A stretch of DNA of 64,000 nucleotides, from positions 1-64,000 of the forward strand of contig JAYWIR010000142.1 of the NCBI GenBank assembly GCA_036172245.1, read 5' to 3'. The position numbers and the translations under genes were made by a program. Below the pieces are notes generated by a model that was not told the DNA's origin, searched no databases, and saw nothing but the letters and a program-made list of their open reading frames with translations. This DNA comes from Raillietiella orientalis. Lineage: Eukaryota. Positions 26,080 through 38,629 of this stretch are shown here, in pieces; within the stretch, counting starts at the first letter, position 1, and each line of letters starts with the position of its first letter.

Positions 26080-29000
26080 GGACATGTTTTTCTTCGCTCT
26101 CGTCTCCTGGCTTTCAACCGCTTCATCCTGGTGTCGTGCATTTTGACGACGATGTCGAGCCAACCCGAAGCTACTGAAGTTGGAGGAACAGCATCCGGAT
26201 CTGCAAATGCGGAACCGACGGCCGCCTCCACTTCGTCTTGCTTGCCAATGGCGAGAAGTTTTGCTGACGTTGCTGCCGCGGCAGCCGTCAAAGGGGTACC
26301 ATCAACGAGGCGGAGGTGCAGGCCTACGTAGCCCAGGGCTATAGACTTGCTCTCCGATACAAGGTGAGTGGCTTTCTTTCTGTTCGCGACGGTAATCAGT
26401 TCAACGATGAACTGACCCATGTTGGCGTGCGGTAGGAAGACCTTCTGGACATCATGCCCATCAAAAGCTTGGGATATTTCAAAGTGCGCTGCAAGGACGC
26501 GGCTGTTGTGCAACGCTTGCTGCGCACTCCTTTGTCCATCCGTGGTAAGAAGGTCTTCCCGTCTACCATGGATGAGTCGTTCGTGGCGGAGCTTTACGGC
26601 ATCGAACCGGAAACTTCCGACCACGAATTGCGGACTGTGTTAGCGAAATTCGCCACGGTCCATGCTCTGTGGAATGTTGGAAGTACCCTTAAGGACTTCC
26701 CATCCATCGTCAGCGGTAGTGCCGCGGTTCGACTAACCATGCCGAACCGCCGACTTCTACCCTCTAAGCAGCAGGTGAACGACACGGTCGTTCACCTGTG
26801 GCATGCAGGCAAGCCTCGAGTATGCGAGGGATGCGACGAAGAGGGGTATTATCCACAAAAGTGCCCTTCTGGTAAATGTCGCTATTGCAAGCAATCCGGG
26901 CACAACTTAAAGAATTGCCCGGACCTTGCTAGAAGAAAGGCTGCTGCAAAGCATCAGCATTTCTCCTAGCTGCCGCGAGGCGCGCGATTATTTTTTCGGA
27001 AACCGGAAAAAATAATCGCTTGCCTAGCGGCAGCACCTTGTCAGCGGAGAAACGCTTTCCGTGCGCACGATCGGAGAGCAAGCTCCCGACTGACAGGGAT
27101 GCGACCCCGACGGAGACGTCAACGCCGGTCGCGCATGCAGCGCCGCTGACGGCCGAGGAGTTAACCTCAGGAGTTTTCGCGGCGCAACAGGAGATCACCT
27201 CCGAATACGGCGAGAGCAAGTGGACGGTGGTGGAGAGGATCGGTAAGAAAAAAGCCCTAAAAAACGCTCCACAGCATCCGTCGAAAGCGCTCCAGAAGGC
27301 GAGGAACTCTCGAGTGATGAAAAAGACTCGCGCGAAAGTTCCTCGTGCAATATCGCGCTCTGATGCTGACATCGCGGGAGCTGTAAAAACAGCCTCCGAA
27401 AAAAGCGATGCCACATTACCAAAGGGCGCAAAAACGATCGCTGTAAAACGAAAAGACAGCCGTTGCTCTTCGCGTGCCGCGAAGAGCGAGTCACGCGAAC
27501 GCCATACGGACTCCGCATCGGAGAACGACCCGATTTCCGCACGTCGAGTAACTCGTTCGGAAACGCAGGCGCGTCGCGTAAAAGCCGGCAGGCGGGACAT
27601 TTCCGCCGCAAAGCAGCTTGAGTTCCCCCAGAAATCCGAGAAGGAGACACATGGGGTGGGCACCTCAACTGCATGCAGCACGACGGAGGACAGTGGCGAC
27701 CGTCCCTTCCAGCCGGTCGTGCTGCTCGCCGTCCGCTCCCCCAAAAAGCCGCCGCCTTCCCAACAGTAATGCGGGGAATCGCATCTTCTCGTCGTCTTTC
27801 CGTCGCGTGTTGGAACGTGAACGGACTGCAAACCGACGAGAAGAGGCGGTTAGTAGCCAACGCCCTGCGCCCCTACGACCTCGTGCTCCTGCAGGAGATT
27901 CACGTAATCTCCGACGAGCAGGCAGACGAAATCGAGGAGCACGCAGGCGGAACGCTACATTGGCGGTGTGGCGACGCCCACACGTGCGGCGTCGCGTTCC
28001 TCGTAAGAGGAAAAATGGCGAAAGCGGTGCGTGGTGTTTGTTTCGACGACGAAGGACGTATTGGCCAGCTTGTGATCAAGTGGTCCGAGTCCATCGATCT
28101 CGTCGTTACCAACGTCTACGCGCCGAGTGGCTCTCGCTACCTCGAAGAAAGAGTAGCTTTCTTTGGTGAGGTGCAGAGCCACTGGCTCAACAACTCAGGC
28201 CCCCAAGTAGCGCACCTCGTCGCGGGGGACTCCAACGTCCGTCTGCTCTCCGACGATTGGAGCCGCCCCAAGGAGCGCGCGCTGCCCATCGAGATGTGCG
28301 CGTCGGTGCACGCCGCCAACTTGATGGTCAGCGAACCTGGAATGGAGAGATCGCTCGATCACGTTTTCCTCGATGAAAACCTGCATTCGCGTGTGGGTAG
28401 GAGAGGAAGATTGTTGACTAGGCTTTCTGACCACCACAGGTTGGAGTTTGAGATCCTTCCGCCAGGCAGGGGGCCTCCGTTGCAAAACTGGAGGATGCAA
28501 ACGGATTGGCTTAGCCAACCGGAGGCTGCGGAGCTTCTACGTGGATACCTCCGAGGCTTTGCCATTCAAGAACTTGCGGACTGGGACGATCTCAAAAGAT
28601 CTATCCGCGAGTTCTGCTGCCAATTCCCCTTGCACCGGCTTCCACGCGGTTTCGGAGAGGGTGTGGCCAACAGTAGAGACTTTTTGCAGGCCCGCACGTT
28701 TTCGAGACGCGCCGATGTCGGGCGTCTCGCAGAGTACAAGGCGAGGGCCGAGCGCCAGGTCTGGCAGTCCGGAGCAGCATGCCTGTTGGACGACAAGGGC
28801 CAGGAATGTTCGGCCCCAGCCGAAGTACGCCGCATTGTGAGACGCTACTACTCCTCGCTGTACGCGGAATACCTGACGAAGGATATTCTCTCTAAGATAC
28901 TCCTGTTGCCGGATGCTCCTGTTGTCGGCAAGCAGGAACGCGAACGTGTCAACGAACCCTTCACGGCGGATGAATTCTCGTCCGCCATTTCTGGGCTGAA

Positions 29001-30260
29001 GAGACGAAAGGCTCCAGGCGAGGATGGACTCCCTGCAGAGTTCTATTAGTGCTTTGCAGTGGAGCTCATCCTCTTGATGATGAGACTCGCAACGCTGATG
29101 AGGGAATCCGGGAACGTCGTGCATTCATTCCGCTCAGCGTAGGTGCGTCTCCTGCCGAAAGGCGGAGACTCGCGCCAACTTCACAACTGGCGTCCGATCA
29201 TTTTGGTAAACTCGGACGTCAAGCTGTTTTCCAAGCTGTGGGTTGCGCGGTTAGGAAGTATCGCGGAATCTCTGGAGAGCCCGGAACAAACCTACGCTGT
29301 TCCCGGACGATCCATGGAGGCGAACATCTTTTTCGAGCGTACCTGGGTGCAGCTGGAGGAAGTCGTGGCTCATCAAAGCCTGGCTGAGGCGAAAGTCACA
29401 GCCGCAGGCAAGTAGAACAGGCGCCGAAGGGAGGGCGGAACGCCAGGTGCCTTGGCTGTCGCAGTCGACCTCCACATGGCGTTCGACTGTGTAAACTAGG
29501 GGCTCCTCTTAAAGCTTCTGGAACGCCTTGGATTTCTGGCGCATCTCCTGCTTTACTTGCGCGCTTGCTGGCGCCACGCGCTAACCTGTATTTCTTTCAG
29601 CGGCTGCCGCGTGTACGGTATTCTCGTGCGCAGAGGCATTCCGCAAGGTGATAGCTTAAGCCCGTTACCTTTAGCATCTTCTTTGAGCTGGTGCTTAGAG
29701 CATACAGGCTGACGCTGTCTCACTTGCCAAGTTTCTGCATGGGAACGCCTGCCGTGTCCGCCTACGCTGATGACCTGCTTCTTCTGCTCCCCATGTCCAC
29801 CCCGGCGTCCAGTGTCGAAGATTTCTTCGACCTGGTTCGTCGTGGAGAGGGCGTGAGCGTCAATAGGGAGAAGAGCGTGGTCGTACCGGTGGGTGCGTCG
29901 TAAGAGGGGCAGTCAGACTGGATCCGCCTAGGGATCCCCACGGGCGGGTACTTTAAGTACCTTGGCGTTCCGCTGGGCGCTCTCGGCGCAGCCAAAGCGT
30001 GGTCGGACTGCCTTCAGAAAGCAGAGTTGGCCGTCAGCCCGTTCATCAACGGCAAGTTTACCTTGCAGGAACGGGCGACTATTTGGAACACCTTTGTGGC
30101 CATCCTCCTCCGTCCCCTTTTTTTTGTTTTGAACCCCCCCTATGCGCTCAAACAGCGGGCTAAACGCCTGCTTAGGAACGCTCTCTGGGGTCCAACAAGA
30201 TCCAGGATTCGCCGTAAAGACTTGGCTGCTCCACGTCGGGATGTTGGTTTGGCGTCTGCC
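26080..30260 (+). mobile_element. Largest LINE copy (family B): ORF1 about 26150-27769, ORF2 from 27769 with APE and RT, 3' part missing
   Basis: ORF1 knuckle CRYCKQSGHNLKNC. APE motifs WNVNGL, LLQEIH, NVYAPSG, AGDSN, LDHVFL and SDH. RT motifs NWRPI, AYADD and KYLGV. Several stops and frameshifts. Confidence 0.95.
27769..29049 (+). pseudogene. APE endonuclease and linker portion of LINE ORF2, open for about 426 codons to a premature stop
   Basis: Uninterrupted frame with the APE motifs recognisable; ends at KAPGEDGLPAEFY* just before RT. Confidence 0.9.
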
Positions 30261-30309
30261 GGGGGACTGGACGCGACTCTAGGGTGCAATAGAACACCTT
30301 CGTCAATTC

Positions 30310-32725
30310 CTGAGAGGCGTCACCCTCCGGAATCTCGCTGACTGGGAACTTTTTGAGGCCTCGATCTGCGAGTTCTGCGAGGAGTTCCCCTTGCACCGCC
30401 TGCCCCCCGGATTTGGGGATGTGGTCCTTTGCGAACGGGCGTATTTGTATGCCCGCTGTTGCGCAAGGTCCCCCAGCATCCGTCGCCTGGCAAAGTACCG
30501 AGCCGGGGCCGAGCGCCAAGCCTCGCAATCCGGGTCAGCCAGCTTGCTGGACGACCAGGGCAGGGAGAACTCGGCCCCAGCCGGGAATCGCTACCTCGTG
30601 CGGAGATTCTATTACTTCCCAACGCCAGGGTCTCTTCGGAGCGAGACGCCTCCCGGCGCTTGCTTCCGGATGGTGCCTTGGCAATAAGGGAAGAGGACGA
30701 GGAAAGCTTCGACGAGCCTTTTACCACCGGCGAAATTCTGGCCGGTATCAAAAGGCTTAAGAGGCGGAAAGCACCATGGGACGACGGTCTGCTTGCAGAG
30801 TTTTTCCCATGCTTCCCGGCAGAGTTGACACCCCTGGTGCTTCAGTTGACAAGGCTTTTCCGAGACGAAGGCGATGTTCCCTCCTCGTTTCGGTCAGCCA
30901 GAGTGAGTCTCCTTCCCAAGAGAGGAGACCTCAGAGAACTCAACAACTGTCGTCCGATCACCATTGTGAATACGGACGTCAAGCTGATCGCCGGACTGTA
31001 GGCGTCGCGTCTAGGACAGGTGGCAGAATCCGTAATTAGCCCGGAACAGACTTACGCTGTTCCTGGGCAAAGTATGGACGCCAACCTGTTCTTCGCGAGC
31101 ACATGGTTTTGCTGGCAGAGTAGTAAACATGATCGAGAACGTGTGAATGGCTACTTCGCTTTTAAGGCGCCGGCCGGGCAAGGAAGGGACAACAGGGCTC
31201 ATAAAAGGCCCTAGCGATCGCGGTGGATCTGCATAAAGCGTTCAAATGCGTGGATCAGGAGCTTTTGTTGGAGCTCCTGGGTCGCATGGGCTTCCCACCC
31301 TCCCTACTAACCTACCTGCGCTCCTGCTGGCGCAACGCTATAATCAACGTCTCTTCCAGTATTCAACAGGTGTGCGGCGTTCCGGTGCGACGGGGTATAA
31401 GGTAGGGCGATCGCCTGAGTCCCCTGCTCTTCAGCACCTACTTTGAGTTGGTGCTGAGAGCATATAGGGTGACTTTGGCTGCCTTGTCGAGCTCGTGCCC
31501 CGGTACGCTCGCCGTAGCGGCTTACGCCGATGATCTTCTGCTCCTTTTGCCCTTGTCCACCCTGGCAGCCGCAGTCGAGGATTTCTTTGATCTGCTAAGC
31601 CGCGGAACTGGACTACGGGTAAATAAGTCGAAGTCATCGGTGGTAGCGGTTGGTGCGACGTGGGTCGGATGGCCTGACTGGATCCCCACAGCGAGGTGCT
31701 TGAAGTATCTTGGTGTGCCGTTGGGAGACTATTCCCCTTCGGAAGCGTGGTCGGGTCGTCTCCGGAAACTAGAGTTGGCGATCGGCCCATTCCTGGAAGA
31801 CAGGTTTCTCCTTCCGGAAAGGGTCGCGTTGTGGAACGCGTTCGCGGCTCCCATCCTCCGCCCCCTGCTTTTTGTTTGCCCCGTCCCCAGAGACATGAAG
31901 AAAAGGACGAAGGACCTCCTGAGGATTGCCCTTTGGGGAAGAGTGAGGCCCCGATTCCCCTTGATGGACTTGTGTGCTCCGCGTCGGGATGGCGTTCTCG
32001 GCCTCTTGACGCTGGAGCGAGTGGAGACTCAGCTGCGATGGCGTACCTTGGCCATCGCAGCGATGTTGTGGAGCACCCCTAGCTGCATTCCGGCCCGCCA
32101 CCTAGCCAGGCGTGTGTCCTGATGCAAAGGACCTGCGTCGTTTCTTCTGTGCCCTGGCCGGAAGATTCGTAGATGCGGCTTACTGCTCGGGCGCATGGCA
32201 ACATTGGTCAAGGAGAACGTCTGGATGGCATGCAGCCCCGCCAACTCCTCCGAATGGCTGGAGGAATCTGTTGGAACGTAAGCGAGGTTAAATGCCCAAG
32301 TAGAAGAAAACTACAACTGCCTGCGATTCTACAACCGTGCCCGCTGCAGCCTACGGACCTTCTTGCAATGTCCCGCCTGGTGCACATGAGCCGAGACCAC
32401 GCCCCTAGCTACGGCGATACCCTTCCTGAGGAGGGCGCTCTCCAGCAGCTGCACGCCTAAGTGGCAAGTCTACTGCCGAATCGCAGGCAGAGAAGTTAAG
32501 AGGCTGGACCACGGCGCAGCTGGCCGATGCCACTACCCGAAGTGTCCTCCCGCGTGGTCTAAAGAGATGGGTCGAGCTGCTCGGCATCCCGATGGATGAC
32601 CTTATGTGGCCCCCGGCTTTTATTGGATCGTGGATCCTTTCCCTGAAGAGGCAGGAGTCGGCGCTTCTGCTGTTGCATTGGGGTCTGCCCTGCAACGCAC
32701 GCCGCCACTACTGGACTAGGGGTCG
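30310..32725 (+). mobile_element. Family A ORF2 pseudogene, truncated at both ends
   Basis: KAPWDDGLLAEFF, RPITIVNTDVK, DLHKAFKCVD, AYADD and KYLGV; stops abruptly after LHWGLPCNARRHYWTRG. Confidence 0.93.
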
Positions 32726-32734
32726 TTTTCACCC

Positions 32735-35637
32735 TGTCACGCCGGGGCGTTTATTAAAAAACACTTTACATTTGCGGTACTAGGCCCCGCTACGGCCAAT
32801 ATTTCATGGGACCTCCCAGGAAGCCGGTTCTGAGGTTAGCTTGTCCTCCTCGGCAGCGGAGGGGGTAGGGGGTAGAACAAAAAGAAAAATAAATGAAATA
32901 ACAAAAAGAAACGATTTGGGGGGCCGGGAAGGGATCACAACCCGCTAGAGGAAGAGACTATTTTTTTCAGGATGCCCTCGAGGTCCCTCGTCATAGCTTC
33001 TAGATGAAACCAGCCGATCGCGATTTGCAGGTAGCGACCCGCATGTACGATGGGGTCCCTGTCGCTGCTTTCTCTGTTGGCTGCGTTCCAGGCGGCCACA
33101 ATCCCTCAAAGGCAGCAAAGTGCTGCCAGGGCTGAGGCTGGTGTCAGGGCGTGTCGCACGAAGAGGAGTCTCACAACGTCTCTGGGGGTACTGCCGACCG
33201 GCATAGGGAGGGTCGTAGCAAAACGTTCCCACGAGGGCCGGAGGGTAGCGCAGTCCACTAACAGATGGGGGAGGGAATTCTTCTCCCCGCACACTGCACA
33301 GTTCTGCCTTACGTTGCCCAACGTCCAGTGGTGGCGGCGCGTATTGCAGGGAAGACCCCAGTGCAACAACAACAGCGCCGTTTCCTGCCACTTGAGGGGA
33401 AGGGTGGATGCGTCTCTAAATAACGGGGGCCACTCTAGGTCATCCGCCGGGATGCCAAGCAGCTCGCCCTATCTCCGTATTCCATGCGGGTGAACGCTTG
33501 GGGTTGCGGCGTCTGCCAGTTCCCTCATTGTCCACCCGCTTAGATCCTTCTCCTTGCCCGCTATCCAGCAGGAGACTTGCCATCTCGGCTTCCGGCTGTT
33601 TTGAAGCGCCCTTCATAGGAAGGGCAGCGCCGTGGCAAGTAAGGTCGTCTCCGCCCAAATGCTTTTGGCGGGAGACACGATCATGTTCCGCAGCGTGCAG
33701 CGGGTGTAGATGCCGGTGCGCAGGCGGTTGCAGGATTCTCCACTGATGTGTTTCAACTTTGCCCACGTTCCAACTGTTTCTTCCAGCCATGCGCTGGAGT
33801 TGGCGGAGCTACAGGTTATCCACCCGTTCTCCTTTGCCAGGGTGGCCATGCGTCCCAGAAGAAGTCCGCATCTTCTTATTTTGCGGCCGGGGTACAGAAG
33901 AAAAGACGCGAGTCCTTTAGTCCCGGACACACGTCCGGCGAGAAGGCGGGCTGGAACGCACCAAGGGGTGTTCCACATTTTCGCTGCGATGGCGAGGGTT
34001 CTCCACCGCAGCTGTGTTTCCATTCGCTCCATCGTCAGGACGCTAAGACCTCCGTCCCGACGTGAAGCGCACAAATCCTTTAAAGGCATACGAGGCCTCC
34101 CGCCGCCCCACAGGGCGATGCGTAGGAGGTCCTTTGTTCTTTTTTTCAGTTCACGAGGTACGGGGCAAACAAAAAGCAGAGGGCGAAGGAGGGGGGCCGC
34201 GAACGCGTTCCACACCGCGGTACGTTCCGGCGAGTGAAGCTTGCCTCCCAGGAACGGGCCGATCGCTAACTCCACCTTTTGGAGACGACCTGACCAGGCT
34301 TCTGACTGGCAGAAGTCCCCCAACGGAACGCCGAGGTACTTCAAGTACCTCTTCGTGGGGATCCACAAGCGGATCCAGTCAGGCCGTCCGACCCACGTCG
34401 CACCAACCGCTACCACCGTTGAATTTGCCTTATTTACCCTTTGTCTAGTCCCGCGGCTTAGCAGAGCGAAGAAATCCTCGCCTGCGGCTTCCAAGGAGGA
34501 CGTGGGCAAAAGGAGCAGAAGATCATCGGCGTAAGCCGCTACGGCCGACGTACCTGGACACGAGCTTGGCAGGAAAGCCAATGTCACCCTGTATGCTCTC
34601 AGCACCAGTTTGAAATAGGTGCTAAAGGGCAGGGGACTCGGGCTGTCACCCTGCTGGATGCCGCGCCTCACCGGCACGCCGAACACGTGCTGTGCTCTGA
34701 AAAACAAGTTGATGATCGCATTGTGCCAGCAGGCGCGCAGGTAGACCGTTAAGGTGTACGGGAAGTCCATGCGATCCAGGAGCTCCAGAAGTAGTTCCTG
34801 GTCCACGCAATTAAACGCTTTGTGCAGATCGACTGCGATCGCTAGAGCCCCCTTCCCTTTCCGGTGGTCGCTTACTTGCTGCGCTGGCGCCCCCAAATCA
34901 AGTTTGTCGACATTCCATTCTCTTTCCAAATTTTTCTCGCGTTGCACATGGAACCATGTGCTGTCGAAGAACAGGTTCGCTTCCATGCTTCGCCCGAGAA
35001 CAGCGTACGTCTGTTCCGGGCTGACGAAGCTGTCAGCTACCTGCCCCAGTCGCGAAGCCGACAGTCCAGCCAGCAGCTTGGCGTCCGTGTTCACAATCGT
35101 GATCGGACGCCAGTTGCATAATTTTCTGAGGTCTCCTCCCTTAGGAAGGAGCCTCACCCTGGCTGACCGAAACGAGGCGGGAACATCGCCTTCGTTTCGG
35201 ATCAGCCGTGTCAATTGGAGCACAAGGGGGGTCAGCTCTGCAGCAAAGCACTAAAAGAACTCCGCCGGCAGGCCGTCCTTCCCTGGCGTCTTACGCCTCT
35301 TGAGCCTTTTAATAGCGGTGATGATTTCACCAGTCGTAAAAGGCTCGTCGAGGCTTTCTTTCTCCTCCTTCCCTATGGCCGGGGCTCCATCTGGGAGCAA
35401 GCGCCGCGAAACGTCCCACTCCGAGGGTACCCTGGCGTGAAGAGGGGAATAATAACGCCGCACGAGGTGCCGTATTCTAGCCGGAGCCGATTGTTCCCGG
35501 CCCTGGTCGTCCAGCAAGATGACCGACCCGGATTGTCAGGCTTGACGTTCGGCTCCGGCTTTGTACTCGGCCAAGCGACGGATGTCAGGGGTCCTCGCGA
35601 AACAACGGACGTGCAAATACGCCCTTCCGTTACGGAA
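32735..35637 (-). mobile_element. Family A ORF2 (linker, RT, CCHC) with 3' UTR and terminus
   Basis: The 536-aa open piece 33613-35223 has the full RT motif set. CAVCGEKNSLPHLLVDC at 33106-33372. Terminal AATAAACGCCCCGGCGTGACA at 32755-32735. Confidence 0.95.
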
Positions 35638-37637
35638 GGACGTGTTTTTCCGTTGCTCCGTCAACAAGAACCGGGAAGCGGTTTCTCCTTGGGAAGTGTG
35701 TTTCTTCACATGGTTGGTGTTCGATGGCATCGCTGCCAGAGGACACCACGATGGAGGTAGGCGTGGAGGAGGGTAGTCCCTCCCCACGGCCTACTGGATC
35801 AGGGGCATCCGCCCCGGAATCATCCCCGGCAACGCCGAGGACTTGGAGCGCCATGGTGGCCGCGCCGAGCGCGGAAACCTTGGCGGAGCAAGCGGCTTAC
35901 AGAGCCTCAGGATATAAACCATCTCTGGTTTACAAGGTAGGACCCCTGTTTGATGGTCGCACCGCTCGGGCCTTTAGTAAGGCACTACAGGACTTTCCTG
36001 TAAGAGAAGAGGATCTTGACGGCTTCTCCGTACTCAGCGGGGGGCAGCGCGTGGAGGTCGTCTGCAAAGACGAAGCCTTAGCACAGCGCCTGATAAACAT
36101 CCCGCTGAATGTGGATGGCCGGAAAATCCTACCGGTTAGCATGGACCGCTCCGTAGTGGTCCACTAACCGGAATCACAAATCGGATGACGCGCTCGGCAG
36201 TCAATTCCGAGTTGATGAAATACGGCGAGGTACACGCGTTGTGGCCAAAGCCCACCATCTTCGAAGGCTTTCATAGCCATTTCGGAGGCCAGGCTGCAGT
36301 GAGTGTCACTGTCAATGAGGGTGCTGGGTTGCCCCACAGACTGGAGGTCGCGAAGGAATCCGTCGACCTCTGGTACGTGGGGAAACCCCGCTATTGTGGC
36401 TACTGCAATGCAGTAGGGCAATTGCGCAAGCATTGCCCGAACATTGAGTGCCACTTGTGCGGGGTTAAGGGACACGTGCGTTGTGTGTGCCCTAAACGCC
36501 CCACCCCGGTGCCACCTGCTGCCAAAATAACGCAGGCCAAAAAAATGAACAAGGTCGAAAGACCTAAGCGAGAAAGTGGCCGGCCCCAGCCGCCATCTCC
36601 TCTTTTTCTTACCCAGGCGTTGGAGTATAGAACCGCGGAAGACGCGGAAGTGGAGGAGGAATGGCAAGTGGTAAAGGCCAGGAAGGAGAAACAAATGGTG
36701 AAAGAACCACTGAAGATAACAGAGAAAAAGAACAAGGCCGGCAAAAAGAATAAAGCCGCGCCGCTGTCAGAAAAACTCCGCGGTTGCTCGGTAGCACTGG
36801 ATCGCGTAAGCGTTCCTTAGGCTGCCACCCGGGGCGACGAGCCTCCCCTCGTCGTTTCCGCCGCACCTGAAGTTCGCGACGACGTACCCTCTGTTTACAC
36901 AGAGGGTGGGCCCCGCGACGCGTGCGCCGACGGAGGAGCTCGCGGTCACGCTGGCCGAGCGTCAGAATCCCTCACGCAAGGCCGTGCGCAGGCCGGCTCC
37001 GCCAAAGAAGGCCCCCGAAGGTGAGTTCGACCTGGGGGCCGAAAGTGCATCCTCGTCCTCGGAGGCACCCCCCGGAAGACGGGATGTAAGTCCCAAAAAT
37101 CGAGGAGGCGCCTTCCCTCCACGAGCGAGGAGAAGCCGGAAGCCGATGCTAGCGTGGGAAACCCGGAGGTGGAATTCCCACGCACGGAAGTCGTCGAGCA
37201 GGCCACCCCCATGGAGGAGGGTGAACAGGGGGGCGAAGTCCTCCCTGTAGTCGCCGAACCTGAACAGCCCGCCCCCATGGAGGAGGGCGAACAGGGAGGC
37301 GCGACCCCACCTTAGGGTGAACCGGCCGACGCGCCGTTACCCATGGAGGAGGGGGACCAGGTGCCTTCAGCACCTGACCCTCCCCCTCCACATAGCGTCC
37401 CGCCCCAACAGGTGGCAAACGCCGCAGAGCCAATTTCCCAGGAATAACACCTGGGCTCGCCTGTCGCCGTCGGATTCGCGCGGCCAGTTGGAACGTCAAC
37501 GGGCTGCGCGACGACGGCAACAGACGAGATACGGCCGACACCCTTCGTGACTTTGACCTGAACCTGCTGCAGGAGATCCACGTGATCACCGCGGCAGACG
37601 TCCAGGAGATCGAGACGATCGCAGGGGGTCGGCTATT
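35638..37637 (+). mobile_element. Family A 5' UTR, ORF1 and start of APE
   Basis: GGACGTGTTTTTCC at 35638; MASLPEDTTMEVG; CGYCNAVGQLRKHC and CHLCGVKGHVRCVC; SWNVNGL...LLQEIH at about 37480-37580. Confidence 0.93.
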
Positions 37638-38620
37638 TGTCACCCGGGTCCGTCGGGGCGTTTATTACAAACCATCCGGGAGCAGAGTTCCCGGACAAAG
37701 GGGAAAAACAATATACGGAGGTGGTGGGATCCCCGACACGCAGGTCGGTATGCCGAAAGTCCGGAACGGGAGAGAGAAGACCACAAATAGACTACCATAA
37801 AAAAAATAAAAATAAAAATATGGAGGGCAGGGGACAGGGGTCTTTGGTGAGTCTGTTCCTTCCTTTCAAAACCTGCGATGGATGCCGGCGATCTCTCTCC
37901 TTACGTCCTGTGGCAGATGGGCCCACTCGTCAGTCGACGGCATGCTCGCGCTGGCTAATCCGGTGGGCTTACGAAGGATGGCCAGCTTCTCCAACTCTCG
38001 GTGGGCCTTGTCGATGGCGCGGGTGCAACACACGGTTGCAACGACAGCACCCAAAGACAGGCCGCCTGGCGTGAAGAAGCGGCGCATCAAGTCCCCCGCG
38101 GTGTCCCCCTGTTGCAGGAGAGCTGAGGCCAGCCTCCGCGAAAGTCCTAGGAGGGCACCGCAGTCCAGGAAAAGGTGCGGGAGCGTTTCCACTTCCTCGC
38201 ACCGCTTACAGTTTGGGGAGACAACTCCTCCGGAAACACGATTCGTCCGCTGGTTGGAGTAAACACCTCAATGCACCAGCATGATGACGTCCTGCTTCCA
38301 TGAAAGGGGGAACACAGAAGTGTTCAAACAGGAGGGAGGGACCACGAGTTCTTCGGGGGCACACTCAAGTGTTCACTCCACCGGAGTCCCTTCGTGATGT
38401 GGCGATGCGTGACTGCGTCTGCTAGCTCGCAAGTCCTCCAGCAGTTAATAGGTCGTGTTGTTCCTGCGATGGTGCAGGCGACCTCTTATCTCGCCGGTTC
38501 GCAGCTTTTACCTCTTGCCCTGAGGGATGACAGCGCGTCGGCGAGGGGCGTGACGGCCAGGCGAGTCCACTTCTCCTGGCTATTGCACACCTCGTCCACC
38601 GTGCAGTACAGGGAGAGGTG
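37638..38620 (-). mobile_element. 3' end of a related LINE with a different 3' UTR, abutting the APE of the previous element
   Basis: CKRCEEVETLPHLFLDC zinc finger; T-rich UTR; terminus AATAAACGCCCCGACGGACCCGGGTGACA. Confidence 0.85.
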
Positions 38621-38629
38621 AGCGCGACA

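Noticed and set aside
25836..29124. Long minus-strand ORFs (262, 300, 221 and 195 aa)
   Set aside because: Antisense shadows of GC-rich LINE ORF1/ORF2; the same applies to most overlapping ORFs in the track.
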